A stretch of 64,000 bases of DNA from Eledone cirrhosa (lineage: Eukaryota). Shown here piece after piece: positions 1 to 13,665 of this stretch (the stretch's first letter is position 1; each line of letters opens with the position of its first letter). Below the pieces are notes generated by a model. That model did not search any database and was not told the DNA's origin. It was given only the letters and a program-made list of their open reading frames with translations. Made by a program: the position numbers and the translations under genes. The stretch lies in contig OZ024742.1 in the NCBI GenBank assembly GCA_964016885.1, positions 286,502,001 through 286,566,000 on the forward strand, in the 5' to 3' direction.

Positions 1-2140
1 TACGTAGAGATGCCGCAGCCTGAGCGCGTGTTTGCGCATCGTCAGCCACGGCATCCCCATCTCTCCGTTGGAAGGGTGTTGGCAGCAGATGGATCTTCTC
101 ACCAAAGGAGCCCGCTTCTTCCAAAGGAATTGGAAGAGCGCGCGCTCCATTTTGGTGAGCGTTTTGGCTGGACAAGGCACGACGGTCAAGCGGTAGTAGA
201 TGACGGACGCTATAAAAGTGTTCGCCACCTCCGCTCGACCTTTCAAGGATAGTTTGCACTCGGCCCACTTCTGGGTGAGTGCAAACACCTTGGCCGTCAC
301 ATCATTCCAATTCTTCTCCACCTGGAGGTCCGGACCAAACCAGACCCCGAGCAGTTTTACCAGTCCTTCCGTCCAGCGTCCGACGACGCCATCGGAAGGC
401 ATCGGTTTGCCTCTCCATGATCCGAATTGCAAACCGATGGACTTGTCCCGGTTCAGCTTCGCTCCTGTGAACCTTTCGTATTCCTTCAGTAGGGTGCCGA
501 CTTCCTCGATTTGCGAGGTGCTCGACACCATTACTGCCCCGTCGTCGGCGTAGGCCGGCGCCGCTTTCTGCAGTCCCGGTTCCAGAGGGATACCCTGCAA
601 TAGCTCCAACTTCCGCAGTAATGGCTCGAGATTCAGTACGTACAGAAGGGAGGAGAGATGGCATCCCTGTCGAATGGATCGCGTGATATGGAACGGCTCC
701 GAGAGGTAGCCGTTCACTTTGACCCTTGAGCAGATGTTACTGCTGTGAATTGCAGCAATCCAGCCCCTGAACACGGGTCAGAAGCCTGCCGCCTCGAGGT
801 CCGCATCCAAGTAACGATGGTCAACCCTATCGAAAGCCTTACACTGATCCAAGTTGATCAGGGCCCCACCGAAGCCGGGTTTACACCCTACCCTCTCTAC
901 GATGTATCGCATGAGGTGGAGGTTGTCGTGTATGAACCTGGTCGAGATTGCGCATGTCTCTGCTTCTCCCACCAGGTTCTCGACGACAAGCGCCAGCCTC
1001 TTTGCCAACACCTTGGCCAAAATCTGTAACTCTGTGTTTAGCAGAGTTATGGGCCGGAAGTTGCTTATGTCATCCCCCTTATACCCGTCCTTCCTGATTA
1101 GCGTGACTACGCCCTTGGTCACAGAACTGGGAATTCTCCCGTTCTGCTGCCAGTTGCAGTAGACCGCTTCCAGGAGAACAGAGAACAAGTCCGGCATTGC
1201 TACGTAAAATTCGTAGAGTAGACCGTCGAGACCTGGAGATTTGCGTTTGCCGCATTGGCTCAGCGCATCCCCTATCTCAGTGGCTGAAATCGGCCTTTCG
1301 CAGAACTTCGCCTCGCTGTCCGAGAGCCGCGGCAGGCCGTCGAGGTATGAACCGAAATCCATAGCCCCTCCCGACGCGCCGCCCTGCCCGAACAGTTGAG
1401 CAAAGTGCTGCTGAAAGGCCGTGCACATCTGCTTCGGCTTACGTATCACGCGTCCGTCTTGGTCCTTCAAAGACCGAATCGTGGACTTGTTGCCACTTTT
1501 CGCCTCCGTCACTCGGGCCCAGCTAACAGCTTTGGCTCCCTCGTTTCCCAGAGCACGTATTTTGCTTCTGACAACGCAGCCCTCATGCTTTGAGTCGAAG
1601 AACGGGTCCAAGGCCGTTCTCGTTGCTAGCACGCTGGCTACGTTGCCACTGCTAAGTGCCTCTTCTACTTTATCTACCAGTTCCTTTTCGGTCTTATTTC
1701 TATCTAACGCTAATTCTTTACTAAAACCTATCGAGTCTAATCTAATTGCCCTCTTGAGAGAGTACACCACCATCTGTTGTTGACAATGGCCCCTGTCAAG
1801 TGCTGCTTAACTAAAGTGCTAATCCGTCTTCTGTAGGCTTTGCATGTCGGTAACGACAAGTTCAGCTTCCAGTAGCCGGGTCCCTGTCTATGGATTTTGT
1901 CAAGGTTGACTAAGCAGGTCACTAATTTGTGATCTGAATAGGCAACCATGAACATTTGTGGACAGCTTTACATGTCCCTTTCCTTCTATCTAGGTACGAT
2001 CTAGATACTCCGCTGCGATTATTTCACGTCCACAGTGGCACAGTCGGAAAATCTAGTCGATATCTATCGGCCAGGTCAAATCGACCGATTAACTGTTTGA
2101 GGCTGTTACACCCACCTCCCCTTTATCGGGACATGCTCCC
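1..2140 (-). mobile_element. Decayed Tx1/L1-like LINE ORF2 (endonuclease C-terminus plus reverse transcriptase), frameshifted, runs off the window edge
   Basis: Minus-strand peptides SDHKLV...GPGYWKLN (APE endonuclease end), KSPGLDG, NFRPITLLNT, LDQCKAFDRVDH, IRQGCHLS, and AYADD at ~541-555. Split over several frames; GC-rich relative to flanks. Confidence 0.9.
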
Positions 2141-2320
2141 ACATAGATAGAGATATAAATATAGATATACGTAAATAGATATATGAAGTAAAAATCATTT
2201 AAATATATTTGAAGTTGGGTGTACATATTTTTTCAGCCATGAAGTTATTTAAATTTGTTTGAGAAACTCTTTGTAGGATTCCTTTGTGTTGTTACAATGG
2301 CTTCCCTATGTGTGTGTATA

Positions 2321-2360
<40 letters not shown>

Positions 2361-2526
2361 TATGGGCGTACGGGTGTGTGGGTGTGTATTAATGCAGTGA
2401 CTGTACGTGAGGTTATCGAACTATCGTTCTCCAACCCCAATCTGTCTATCTGGGCTAAATAATATGATACTAGCTATTGTTTATGTGCATGTATGTACAT
2501 GTGTTTCTATATAAAGACTTGCATTT

Positions 2527-2654
2527 TATACACACACACACATATATATATATATGTGTATGTGTGTGTGTGTGTGTGTGTATTTGCTAACACATGTACA
2601 TACATGTATTGTGCCTCCTGATATGTGTATGTGTGTATGCCTCTCTATCTATGC

Positions 2655-2687
<33 letters not shown>

Positions 2688-2707
2688 ATATATATACATA
2701 CATATGC

Positions 2708-2755
<48 letters not shown>

Positions 2756-2757
2756 GC

Positions 2758-2806
<49 letters not shown>

Positions 2807-2807
2807 C

Positions 2808-2855
<48 letters not shown>

Positions 2856-3050
2856 ATATGTATATATATATATATATATATACGCATATGTATGTCAAAA
2901 ACACTCCATTCATCTCAGTCGGGACAAGTTAGTTCATTATCCTCTTAAACACACACTTACACGCACAGACACACTCACACACATACACACTCACACACAC
3001 ATACAGATACACGCACACACACGTACAGACATGCATATAAACATACACCG
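2527..3050. repeat. Compound (CA)n/(TA)n/(TG)n/(CT)n microsatellite
   Basis: Directly visible dinucleotide runs. Confidence 0.95.
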
Positions 3051-3292
3051 CCAGCACACTGAACTTGGCCTCAATATGGAAAATATTTCGTGTTTTTTGC
3101 CGCCGAAAGTATGTCTTGCCTAGTTTTCACTAGGGAACCCACAAACTGATTTAGTTTGAAGTCTGACATACCGTCTGGGTTGTCTGGGGTAGGTAGGAGG
3201 GATGGGGTGAGAGTGGGGGGGGTTGAGGGGGAGGAGGGGTAGAGACATGAAGGTGGCAGGGAGCAGCAAGTCTAATGATGGGGTGGAGTGCT

Positions 3293-3340
<48 letters not shown>

Positions 3341-3355
3341 ATGGTGGTGGTGGTG

Positions 3356-3396
<41 letters not shown>

Positions 3397-4172
3397 TGTT
3401 GTTGTTGTATTGGTGGCGGTGGTGGTGGTGTAACGGAATGCGAGAGGATCCATTGGAAAGAGATTGAGTGATTGAGCAATGGTGGTGAGGATGGTGTTGT
3501 TGTTGTTGTTGTTGTTGGTGGTGGTGGTGTTGGTGGTGCTGCTGTTGCTGGTGATGGTAGCGGTGTTAGTGTTGTTGGTGGTGGTGGTGGTAGTGGTAGT
3601 GCTGGTGTTGGCGGTGCTAGTGGTGCTGGTGTTGGTGGTGTTGGTGCTGGTGTTGGTGGTGCTGGTGGTGTTGGAGGTAGTGTTGGTGCTGGTGGTGCTG
3701 GTGGTGCTGGTGGTGCTAGATGTGGTGTTGTTGTTGATGGTGGTGGTAGTGTCAGTGGTAGTGGTAGTGCTGGTGCTTGTGGTGCTGGTGGTGCTAGTGG
3801 TGGTGCTTGTGTTGTTGGTGGAGGTGGTAGTGTTGGAGGTAGTGTTGGTGGTGTTAGTGGTAATGTTGACGGTGGTGGTGGACGGAATGCGGGTGGATCC
3901 ATTGAAAAGGGGTTGTGTGATTGAGCAATTGTGGTGGAGATGGTGTTGTTGGTGGTGGTGGTGGTGGTAGTGGTGGTGGTGGTGGTAGTGGTGGTGATAG
4001 TGATAGTAGCGGTGTTAGTGTTGATGGTAGTGTTGATGGTGGTAATGTTGATGATGGTCATAGTGGTGATGTAGTAGTGCTGATGGTTGTGGTGGTAGTT
4101 TTGGTGGTGTTCATGGGGAGTAGTGTTGGTGGTAGTGTTGGAGGTAGTGTTGGCAGTAGTAGTAGTAGTAGC

Positions 4173-4233
<61 letters not shown>

Positions 4234-4304
4234 AGAGGAGGAGGAGGGGGAGGAGGTGAGGGAAAGGGGGAGTAGCAGCAGCAACAGTAGTAGTAGTAGT
4301 AGTA

Positions 4305-4364
<60 letters not shown>

Positions 4365-4380
4365 TTGGTGGTGGTACTGA
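3293..4380. repeat. (AGT)n/(GGT)n/(TGT)n trinucleotide array with a duplicated ~47-bp spacer (3433-3480 and 3883-3929)
   Basis: Trinucleotide runs; spacer cggaatgcg..ggatccattg..gtgattgagcaat occurs twice, 450 bp apart. Confidence 0.9.
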
Positions 4381-4751
4381 GGCGGAAGGCAACAAGATTC
4401 ACTAAAAGGTGTACAGGATTGAGCAATGGGTGAGGTGGAGGTGTGGTGTTGTTGTAGTATAGGTGGTAGTAGTATGAATGATAGTAGGGTTGGGTGATAG
4501 TAGTTTTAAGAGAGGGAGAGGGGGATGTGCCGCGGTTGAAGAAAATATAAGGGGCGGTAGGGCGGAAGGGAAAGGAAATGAAAATTGATAAGGGATAAGA
4601 AAAAGGAGGGGGGGTAAGTAAAGTACCAAATGAAAAAAGGAAACAATTTAGGAGAGGAGGGAGAGAGGGTGGAGAGAAGCGAGAGAGGGGGATGATGGAA
4701 TATTTTAGTAAACCAATGTTCCTGTCCCACCTATCCCAGCAGGGACATTCC

Positions 4752-7700
4752 AACACCATCTACACTACCGACAACACTACCACCACCACTAACACCATCT
4801 ACACTACCAACAACACTACCACCACCACTAACACCATCTACACTACCAACAACACTACCACCACCACTAACACCATCTACACTACCGACAACACTACCAC
4901 CACCACTAACACCATCTACACTACCAACAACACTACCACCACCACTAACACCATCTACACTACCAACAACACTACCAGCACCACTAACACCATCTACACT
5001 ACCAACAACACTACCACCACCACTAACACCATCTACACCACCAACAACACTACCACCACCACTAACACCATCTACACTACCAACAACACTACCACCACCA
5101 CTAACACCATCTACACCACCAACAACACTACCACCACCACTAACACCATCTACACTACCAACAACACTACCACCACCACTAACACCATCTACACCACCAA
5201 CAACACTACCACCACCACTAACACCATCTACACTACCAACAACACTACCACCACCACTAACACCATCTACACTACCAACAACACTACCACCACCACTAAC
5301 ACCATCTACACCACCAACAACACTACCACCACCACTAACACCATCTACACTACCGACAACACTACCACCACCACTAACACCATCTACACCACCAACAACA
5401 CTACCACCACCACTAACACCATCTACACTACCAACAACACTACCACCACCATTAACACCATCTACACCACCAACAACACTACCACCACCACTAACACCAT
5501 CTACACTACCAACAACACTACCACCACCACTAACACCATCTACACTACCAACAACACTACCACCACCACTAACACCATCTACACTACCAACAACACTACC
5601 ACCACCACTAACACCATCTACACTACCACCACCACTAACACCATCTACACTACCGACAACACTACCACCACCACTAACACCATCTACACTACCATCAACA
5701 CTACCACCACCACTAACACCATCTACACTACCGACAACACTACCACCACCACTAACACCATCTACACCACCAACAACACTAACACCACCACTAACACCAT
5801 CTACACTACCAACAACACTACCACCACCACTAACACCATCTACACTACCAACAACACTACCACCACCACTAACACCATCTACACTACCAACAACACTACC
5901 ACCACCACTAACACCATCTACACTACCAACAACACTACCACCACCACTAACACCATCTACACTACCGACAACACTACCACCACCACTAACACCATCTACA
6001 CTACCAACAACACTACCACCACCACTAACACCATCTACACTACCGACAACACTACCACCACCACTAACACCATCTACACCACCAACAACACTAACACCAC
6101 CACTAACACCATCTACACTACCGACAACACTACCACCACCACTAACACCATCTACACCACCAACAACACTAACACCACCACTAACACCATCTACACTACC
6201 AACAAGACTACCACCACCACTAACACCATCTACACTACCAACAACACTACCACCACCACTAACACCATCTACACCACCAACAACACTACCACCACCACTA
6301 ACACCATCTACACCACCAACAACACTACCGCCACCACTAACACCATCTACACTACCAACAACACTACCACCACCACTAACACCATCTACACTACCAACAA
6401 CACTACCACCACCACTAACACCATCTACACTACCAACAATACTACCACCACCACTAACACCATCTACACCACCAACAACACTACCACCACCACTAACACC
6501 ATCTACACTACCAACAACACTACCACCACCACTAACACCATCTACACCACCAACAACACTACCACCACCACTAACACCATCTACACTACCAACAACACTA
6601 CCACCACCACTAACACCATCTACACCACCAACAACACTACCACCACCACTAACACCATCTACACTACCAACAACACTACCACCACCACTAACACCATCTA
6701 CACTACCAACAACACTACCACCACCACTAACACCATCTACACTACCAACAACACTACCACCACCACTAACACCATCTACACTACCAACAACACTACCACC
6801 ACCACTAACACCATCTACACTACCACCACCACTAACACCATCTACACTACCAACAACACTACCACCACCACTAACACCATCTACACTACCAACAACACTA
6901 CCACCACCACTAACACCATCTACACTACCACCACCACTAACACCATCTACACTACCGACAACACTACCACCACCACTAACACCATCTACACTACCAACAA
7001 CACTACCACCACCACTAACACCATCTACACTACCGACAACACTACCACCACCACTAACACCATCTATACCACCAACAACACTACCACCACCACTAACACC
7101 ATCTACACTACCAACAACACTACCACCACCACTAACACCATCTACACTACCAACAACACTACCACCACCACTAACACCATCTACACTACCAACAACACTA
7201 CCACCACCACTAACACCATCTACACTACCAACAACACTACCACCACCACTAACACCATCTACACTACCAACAACACTACCACCCCCACTAACACCATCTA
7301 CACTACCAACAACACTACCACCACCACTAACACCATCTACACTACCAACAACACTACCACCACCACTAACACCATCTACACTACCACCACCACTGACACC
7401 ATCTACACTACCGACAACACTACCACCACCACTAACACCATCTACACTACCAACAACACTACCACCACCACTAACACCATCTACACCACCAACAACACTA
7501 CCACCACCACTAACACCATCTACACCACCAACAACACTACCACCACCACTAACACCATCTACACTACCAACAACACTACCACCACCACTAACACCATCTA
7601 CACTACCAACAACACTACCAGCACCACTAACACCATCTACACTACCAACAACACTACCACCACCACTAACACCATCTACACTACCAACAACACTACCACC

Positions 7701-8740
7701 ACCACTAACACCATCTACACTACCGACAACACTACCACCACCAGTAACACCATCTACACTACCAACAACACTACCACCACCACTAACACCATCTACACTA
7801 CCAACAACACTACCACCACCACTAACACCATCTACACCACCAACAACACTACCACCACCACTAACACCATCTACACCACCAACAACACTACCACCACCAC
7901 TAACACCATCTACACCACCAACAACACTACCACCACCACTAACACCATCTACACTACCGACACACCACTAACACCATCTACACCACCAACAACACTACCA
8001 CCACCACTAACACCATCTACACTACCAACAACACTACCACCACCACTAACACCATCTACACTACCAACAACACTACCACCACCACTAACACCATCTACAC
8101 TACCAACAATACTACCACCACCACTAACACCATCTACACCACCAACAACACTACCACCACCACTAACACCATCTACACCACCAACAACACTACCACCACC
8201 ACTAACACCATCTACACTACCAACAACACTACCACCACCACTAACACCATCTACACTACCGACAACACTACCACCACCACTAACACCATCTACACCACCA
8301 ACAACACTACCACCACCACTAACACCATCTACACCACCAACAACACTACCACCACCACTAACACCATCTACACTACCAACAACACTACCACCACCACTAA
8401 CACCATCTACACTACCAACAACACTACCACCACCACTAACACCATCTACACTACCAACAACACTACCACCACCACTAACACCATCTACACTACCAACAAC
8501 ACTACCACCACCACTAACACCATCTACACTACCAACAACACTACCACCACCACTAACACCATCTACACTACCAACAACACTACCACCACCACTAACACCA
8601 TCTACACTACCAACAACACTACCACCACCACTAACACCATCTACACTACCAACAACACTACCACCACCACTAACACCATCTACACTACCAACAACACTAC
8701 CACCACCACTAACACCATCTACACTACCAACAACACTACC
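4752..8740 (+). repeat. 39-bp minisatellite (AACACCATCTACACTACCAACAACACTACCACCACCACT), roughly 100 copies
   Basis: Highly homogeneous tandem unit; it produces the 1374-aa NTIYTTNNTTTTT ORF. Confidence 0.97.
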
Positions 8741-9169
8741 ACATCAACACTGCCACCACCATCACCAACAACAACACTACCACCAACACCAACTCTACCA
8801 ACAAAACAAACACTAGCACCACCATCGCTACCATCGCCACACCACCAGTACCACCAACATCACAATCAACAGCAGTAGCTACTACACACGCACACATACG
8901 CGCGCACATACACACAAACGCATACATAGGCGTGCGCGCGCGCGCACACACACACGCATACGTGTTTCCACTATCGCCATTACCTATACAATCTCCCCCA
9001 CCCCGGTACCAGCCGTACCACCGCTTCAACAACACTGTAATCATCAGTCCCACCAATAGCAACATCAGTACCCGCCACACACATAAAGTTTCTTCCTCCT
9101 CCCCACATCCCCACCATTACCACGGATAAAGTTCCTTTCCCCAGTCAATAAAAGTTCTTCCACCCGAGT

Positions 9170-9790
9170 TTTAAAGATCTTTTCACCCGTTTTATAAAAA
9201 TCCTTTCACCCGTTTTATAAAGATACTTCCACCCGTGTTATAAAAATACTTCTACCCGTGTTATAAAGATACTTCTATCCGTTTGATAAAGATACTTCCA
9301 CCTGTGTTATAAAGATATTTCCACCCTGTCAATAAAGATATTTTCACCCATGTTATAAGAATCCCTTCCTCTGGTTAATAAAGATATTTTGCAATAAAGA
9401 TCCTTTCACCCGTGTTATAAAAATATTTTCACGCATGTTATAAAGATATTTTCACGTATGTTGTAAAGATATTTTCCTCCGCGCAATAAAAATCCTTTCA
9501 CCTGGACAATAAAGATACTTTCACTCAAACAATAAAAATCCTTTCACCCGTGTTATAAAAAACCCTTCCCTGGTCAATAAAGATATTTTTGCCCGCACAA
9601 TAAAAATCCTTTCATCCATGTTATAAAAATATTTTCACGCATATTATGAAGATATTTTCCCTTGTGTTATAAAGATATTTTAACGTGCGTTATAAATATA
9701 TTTTCACCCAAGCAATAACGATCCTTTCAGCCGTGTTATAAAAACTTTTCCGTGCAACGAATATTCGTCCACTCGTGCGATAAAAGATAA
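9170..9790. repeat. Degenerate ~22-23-bp tandem repeat (ATAAAGATACTTCCACCCGTGTT-like)
   Basis: Recurrent ataaagata/ataaaaatc...cacccgtgtt units. Confidence 0.85.
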
Positions 9791-10379
9791 ATAAATTTAT
9801 AGAATAATGTCTTTATTGTTAACTTTTTATGGCGGATATTTATTTTTATGTGCGTCGTCAGGTTTGGGGCATAGTTTGAAGTGGATGGCATTAGGTTTCG
9901 GTACATACTTTGGGGTATGTGCCAATAGAAATGTTATGATTTTAAAAAAGAAAGATGAGCAGAGGGCAGAGGGAAGGTAATGCTCATTACATTTTTCAGG
10001 GACTAAAAGAATACTGACAAGAAAAGAGGAAGTTATCCCCAGAAAAAAAAGGCCTAACTTGAATGCTCTGAAAAAAAGTGAACCGCGCTAAATTCAAATA
10101 TTGAGTCCTTTAGTATTTAAACCGGCTGTATCCGACCAGAGTTCTCTCACCTCTTTTTGTTCAATCAGGCTGTAACTGACCGCTCAAACCCACATTAAGG
10201 TATTGTTTTCAAAATAAATAATATCAAAATCTCGTAGATTCGATATTATGTGAGATAAAGTATTTACCGTGAAAATACAATAGTAAATATAGAGTAATGT
10301 AAATGCTAAAGGGTTCATGATATCACTAGAAGGGAGGAGAGGTCTAGAGGTATGCTATTAAGTTTGGTAGCATGATATT

Positions 10380-10560
10380 AGGTTTGATATCTGTGTGTGG
10401 GTAGGGGGTGGGTTTGGTGGAATATCAGTAGGCTTAAATGTGTGCGGGTAGGGCTGGGTTTGGTTTGATATCAGTAAGTTCAAATGTGTGTGGGGGTAGG
10501 GCTGGGTTTGGTTTGATATCAGTAGGTTTAAATGTGTATCAGTAGGTTTAGTGGAAAGAC
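10380..10560. repeat. Degenerate ~45-bp tandem repeat
   Basis: gatatcagtaggtttaaatgtgtg..ggtagggctgggtttggttt recurs 3-4 times. Confidence 0.75.
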
Positions 10561-10692
10561 ATTAGGTTTATGTACATGTGTGTTATCAATAGGTTTGATG
10601 GGAAGTCAGCAGGTTTGATGTGTGTAACTGTAGGTGTATGTGTGTGTGGTTGTGTGTGTATGTCTCTCGGTTTGAATTGATATGTGTGTGTG

Positions 10693-11336
10693 CAGTGGTG
10701 GACTGGCCAGGTCGCCAGATTGCCAGATTGCCGAAGTGGGCCCACGGTAGCATCGCACGGGCCCACAGTAGCATTGCAGGGCCCACTGTAGTATTTTAGG
10801 GGGCCAATGCTTTGCTTTAAAAAAAATACCTGAAATCTAAGAGAAAGAATAATTTAAAATAATAAATAAATAAAACAATTAAGCAAAGCATTTGGTCAAC
10901 CAATTCCCCAGGAAATTACTAGAAACCAAAATATACGACGATAGTGCCAGTAGCTGGAATCAGTGGTTGTACATTCTACTAAATCTAAAGCTTGGTGTAT
11001 TCATTCATGCATGCAAACATACATATATAGACACAGACACACAAGCATATATATATACTTACACACGAACTACTGACCAAATAATTGTTTCTACTTTAGG
11101 CACAAGGCCAGCAATTACCTAGTGCATTACTGGTACTTTATTTTATCGACCCCGTAAGGATGAAAGGCAAAGTCAACCTCGGCGAGATTTGAACTCAGAT
11201 CGGGAAGGGACGTAACTATGCTGGAAAGCATGGCGTCCGACCCTCTACCGATACTGCCAATCCAACTACTGACCAAATAATATTTGGTATCAATGAGTAA
11301 AAGACATCTGTCAAATCAATTAGTGGTGAAGGTGGT

Positions 11337-11390
<54 letters not shown>

Positions 11391-11657
11391 TCACACACAC
11401 ACACATATATATATTGAGTGACTGTGAAAGACCAAAGATCATTATTGAAAGTCTCTGGATTTCGCAAAATACATAATATATTTTATTGGAGAAGTTAAGA
11501 TATTTTTCCGCAAAACTTTGATTGCACTGTTTTGTTTCCTCTTACGTATTTTTTTAAAATGTTATTTATTCATTATAAAAATTAAATGATAGCATTCTAT
11601 ATGTAGGTGGGCCCCCTTCACCTGGCAACCAATATTTTTAGACCCAGTCCGCCACTC
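10693..11657. mobile_element. hAT-like MITE with a nested SINE
   Basis: TIRs CAGTGGTGGACTGG and CCAGTCCGCCACTC (12/14 complementary), subterminal GGGCCC motifs, TGTGTGTG on both sides (compatible with an 8-bp TSD but inside a microsatellite). Confidence 0.65.
11086..11263 (-). mobile_element. tRNA-derived SINE (GCCTTTCATCCTT..GGGGTCGATAAA central domain) with 18-bp TSD
   Basis: B-box-like GAGTTCAAATC on the minus strand; AACTACTGACCAAATAAT duplicated at 11068-11085 and 11264-11281. Confidence 0.9.
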
Positions 11658-11729
11658 TGTGTGTGTGTGCGTGTGCGCGCGTGCGTGTGTGCGTGTGTCA
11701 GTTGGTGTATGTATACGTGTCAATTGGTT

Positions 11730-11760
<31 letters not shown>

Positions 11761-12260
11761 CAGAAGGTTTGATTATGCGTATGTGTATCAGTAGGTTTGT
11801 GTACGTGTGTGTATGAATAGGTTTGGTGGGAAGTCAGCAGGTTTGATATGTGTGACTGTAGATGTATGTGTCAGTTGATGTATGTGTGTCAATAGGTTTG
11901 ATCGTGCGTATGTGTGTGTGTGTCAGTTGACGTGTGTGTGTGTATTTGTGTGTATGTGTTTCAGTTGATGTGTGTGTGTGTGTATGTGTGTCAGTAGGTT
12001 TGTGTGTGTGTATGTGTGTCAGTAGGTTTGTGTGTGTGTGTATGTGTGTCAGTTGATGTGTGTGTGTGTGAGTATGTTTGCGTGTGTGTGTATGTGTGTT
12101 TGTGTGTATGTGTGTCAGTTGATGTGTGTGCCAGTTGATGTGTGTGTATGTATGTCAGTTGATGTGTGTGCCAGTTGATGTGTGTGTATGTGTGTCAGTA
12201 GGTTTGTGTGTGTGTGTGTGTGTGTGTGTCAGTAGGTTTGTGTATATATGTCAGTATCTG
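11658..12260. repeat. (TG)n array interrupted by tcagttga/tcagtaggtt motifs
   Basis: Visible compound repeat. Confidence 0.85.
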
Positions 12261-12633
12261 TATAGATGTGACAGTATATATGTTTGTTGTGATATGTCAG
12301 TAACATGTAGTGTAGAATTGTCTGTATGTATCATTAAAGTTGGGTGTATCTTAAACAGAAATGAATTATTTCCTAGACATGCGTATAACTGAAGTCTACA
12401 ATTTCAAACAAACTATGCAAGAATAAAAAAAATTATTCCTCGACATCTCTGTCCGTCTTTCCTTCTTTCATTCTTTCTTTCTTTATTTCTTTATTTATTT
12501 ATTTCTTTATTTATTTATTTATTTCCCTCTTGAATATACGTGTACACACACACACATACACATTACGGGGTCGATAAAATATAGTACCAGTAATGCACTG
12601 AGTAATTGCTGGCCTTGTGCCAAAAGTAGAAAC

Positions 12634-12671
<38 letters not shown>

Positions 12672-12674
<3 letters not shown>

Positions 12675-13050
12675 AAAGTTCTATTTAAAATTGTTGGGAT
12701 ACAACAAGCAAATATTATTATAACTGATATAAAGCACTCGACAAATATTTGGAGTAGATATACGATATTAATAAATGGAAACTATATTTATAAAACCATA
12801 TTTATTTCATTATATATATTTCAAGGATACCAAGTTAAATCATGGTATGCCTTCATCAGACAAAATACAATATATAACAGTTTTACAAATAGATATTGAC
12901 GTACCCTTTCAAAAAGGTGAACGTTATTTTTGGAGGCCATCCGGATGTCTGATGAAGGCATACCATGATTTAACTTGGTATCCTTGAAATATATATAATG
13001 AAATAAATATGGTTTTATAAATATAGTTTCCATTTATTAATATTGTATAT
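12672..13050. mobile_element. (TA)n-embedded PLE-like/HHR element with 105-bp inverted arms (12758-12862 and 12946-13050)
   Basis: Near-perfect inverted repeat around an 83-bp spacer; related sequence at 24150-24230 and 61225-61360. Confidence 0.8.
12803..12867 (-). ncRNA. Type I hammerhead ribozyme motif
   Basis: Minus strand: TATTTTGT-CTGATGA-AGGCATACCA(loop)TGGTATCCTT-GAAA-TATATA-TA-ATGAAATA. Helix I is 8 bp (2 GU); helix III is the palindrome ATATATAT. Confidence 0.8.
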
Positions 13051-13352
13051 ATATATATATGCCTGTTTTCTGACTCGCTCATATATTCACACAGCTTATG
13101 CTGAAAGAATAACTATGTTGCTTGTGTTTATTTCCATCTTCGGTTAGCTTCCCCCTGCGTTGTTTACTTGTCTCACTCGCTTTACGCGTTTCTATTGTCC
13201 TAATAACTTATTTTAGTTATTATCGCTCCAACGTGAGGTATATGATTTTTAATGCGATGAAATATCCATGATCGTTTGGTAAATCACTGATGAGGGACTC
13301 ATTTTATAACATGTTATCCATGTGCAACCAGCAGTATTCTTCTCACCCATAT

Positions 13353-13397
<45 letters not shown>

Positions 13398-13400
<3 letters not shown>

Positions 13401-13543
13401 AAGGAAATGTGGTAAGGAACCAGATGAACCAAAACGCACCAGAGTACTCAATACTTAGGGTAGTAGAGTGGGAAATAGGAAAAAGTATGACCCCGACGGC
13501 AGAGCTCAAGCCGTTTCGACCGGTCGGGGTCATACTTTTTCCT
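13398..13543. mobile_element. (TA)n-embedded fold-back element, family B (3' half of an HHR)
   Basis: GGAAAAAGTATGACCCCGAC and GTCGGGGTCATACTTTTTCC are inverted arms; minus strand reads GAAA-CGGC-TTGAGCTCT-GCCG-TC-GGGG. Confidence 0.7.
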
Positions 13544-13665
13544 ATATATATATATATATACATATATTTATATACATATATTTATATACATATATATACA
13601 GACGCATATACGTACATATATATATATATATACAAATATGCATATATGCATATATATATATACAT

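Noticed and set aside
4692-8816. 1374-aa Thr/Asn-rich ORF as a mucin gene
   Set aside because: It is a 39-bp minisatellite lacking stops in two frames, with a frame switch near 7960 and no signal peptide or clear splice sites.
9170-9790. CRISPR-like array
   Set aside because: Degenerate tandem repeat without unique spacers, in eukaryotic context with no cas genes.
13280-13330. CTGATGAGGGA in a TA-flanked island as a hammerhead
   Set aside because: No downstream GAAA or closing helix; at most a deleted remnant.
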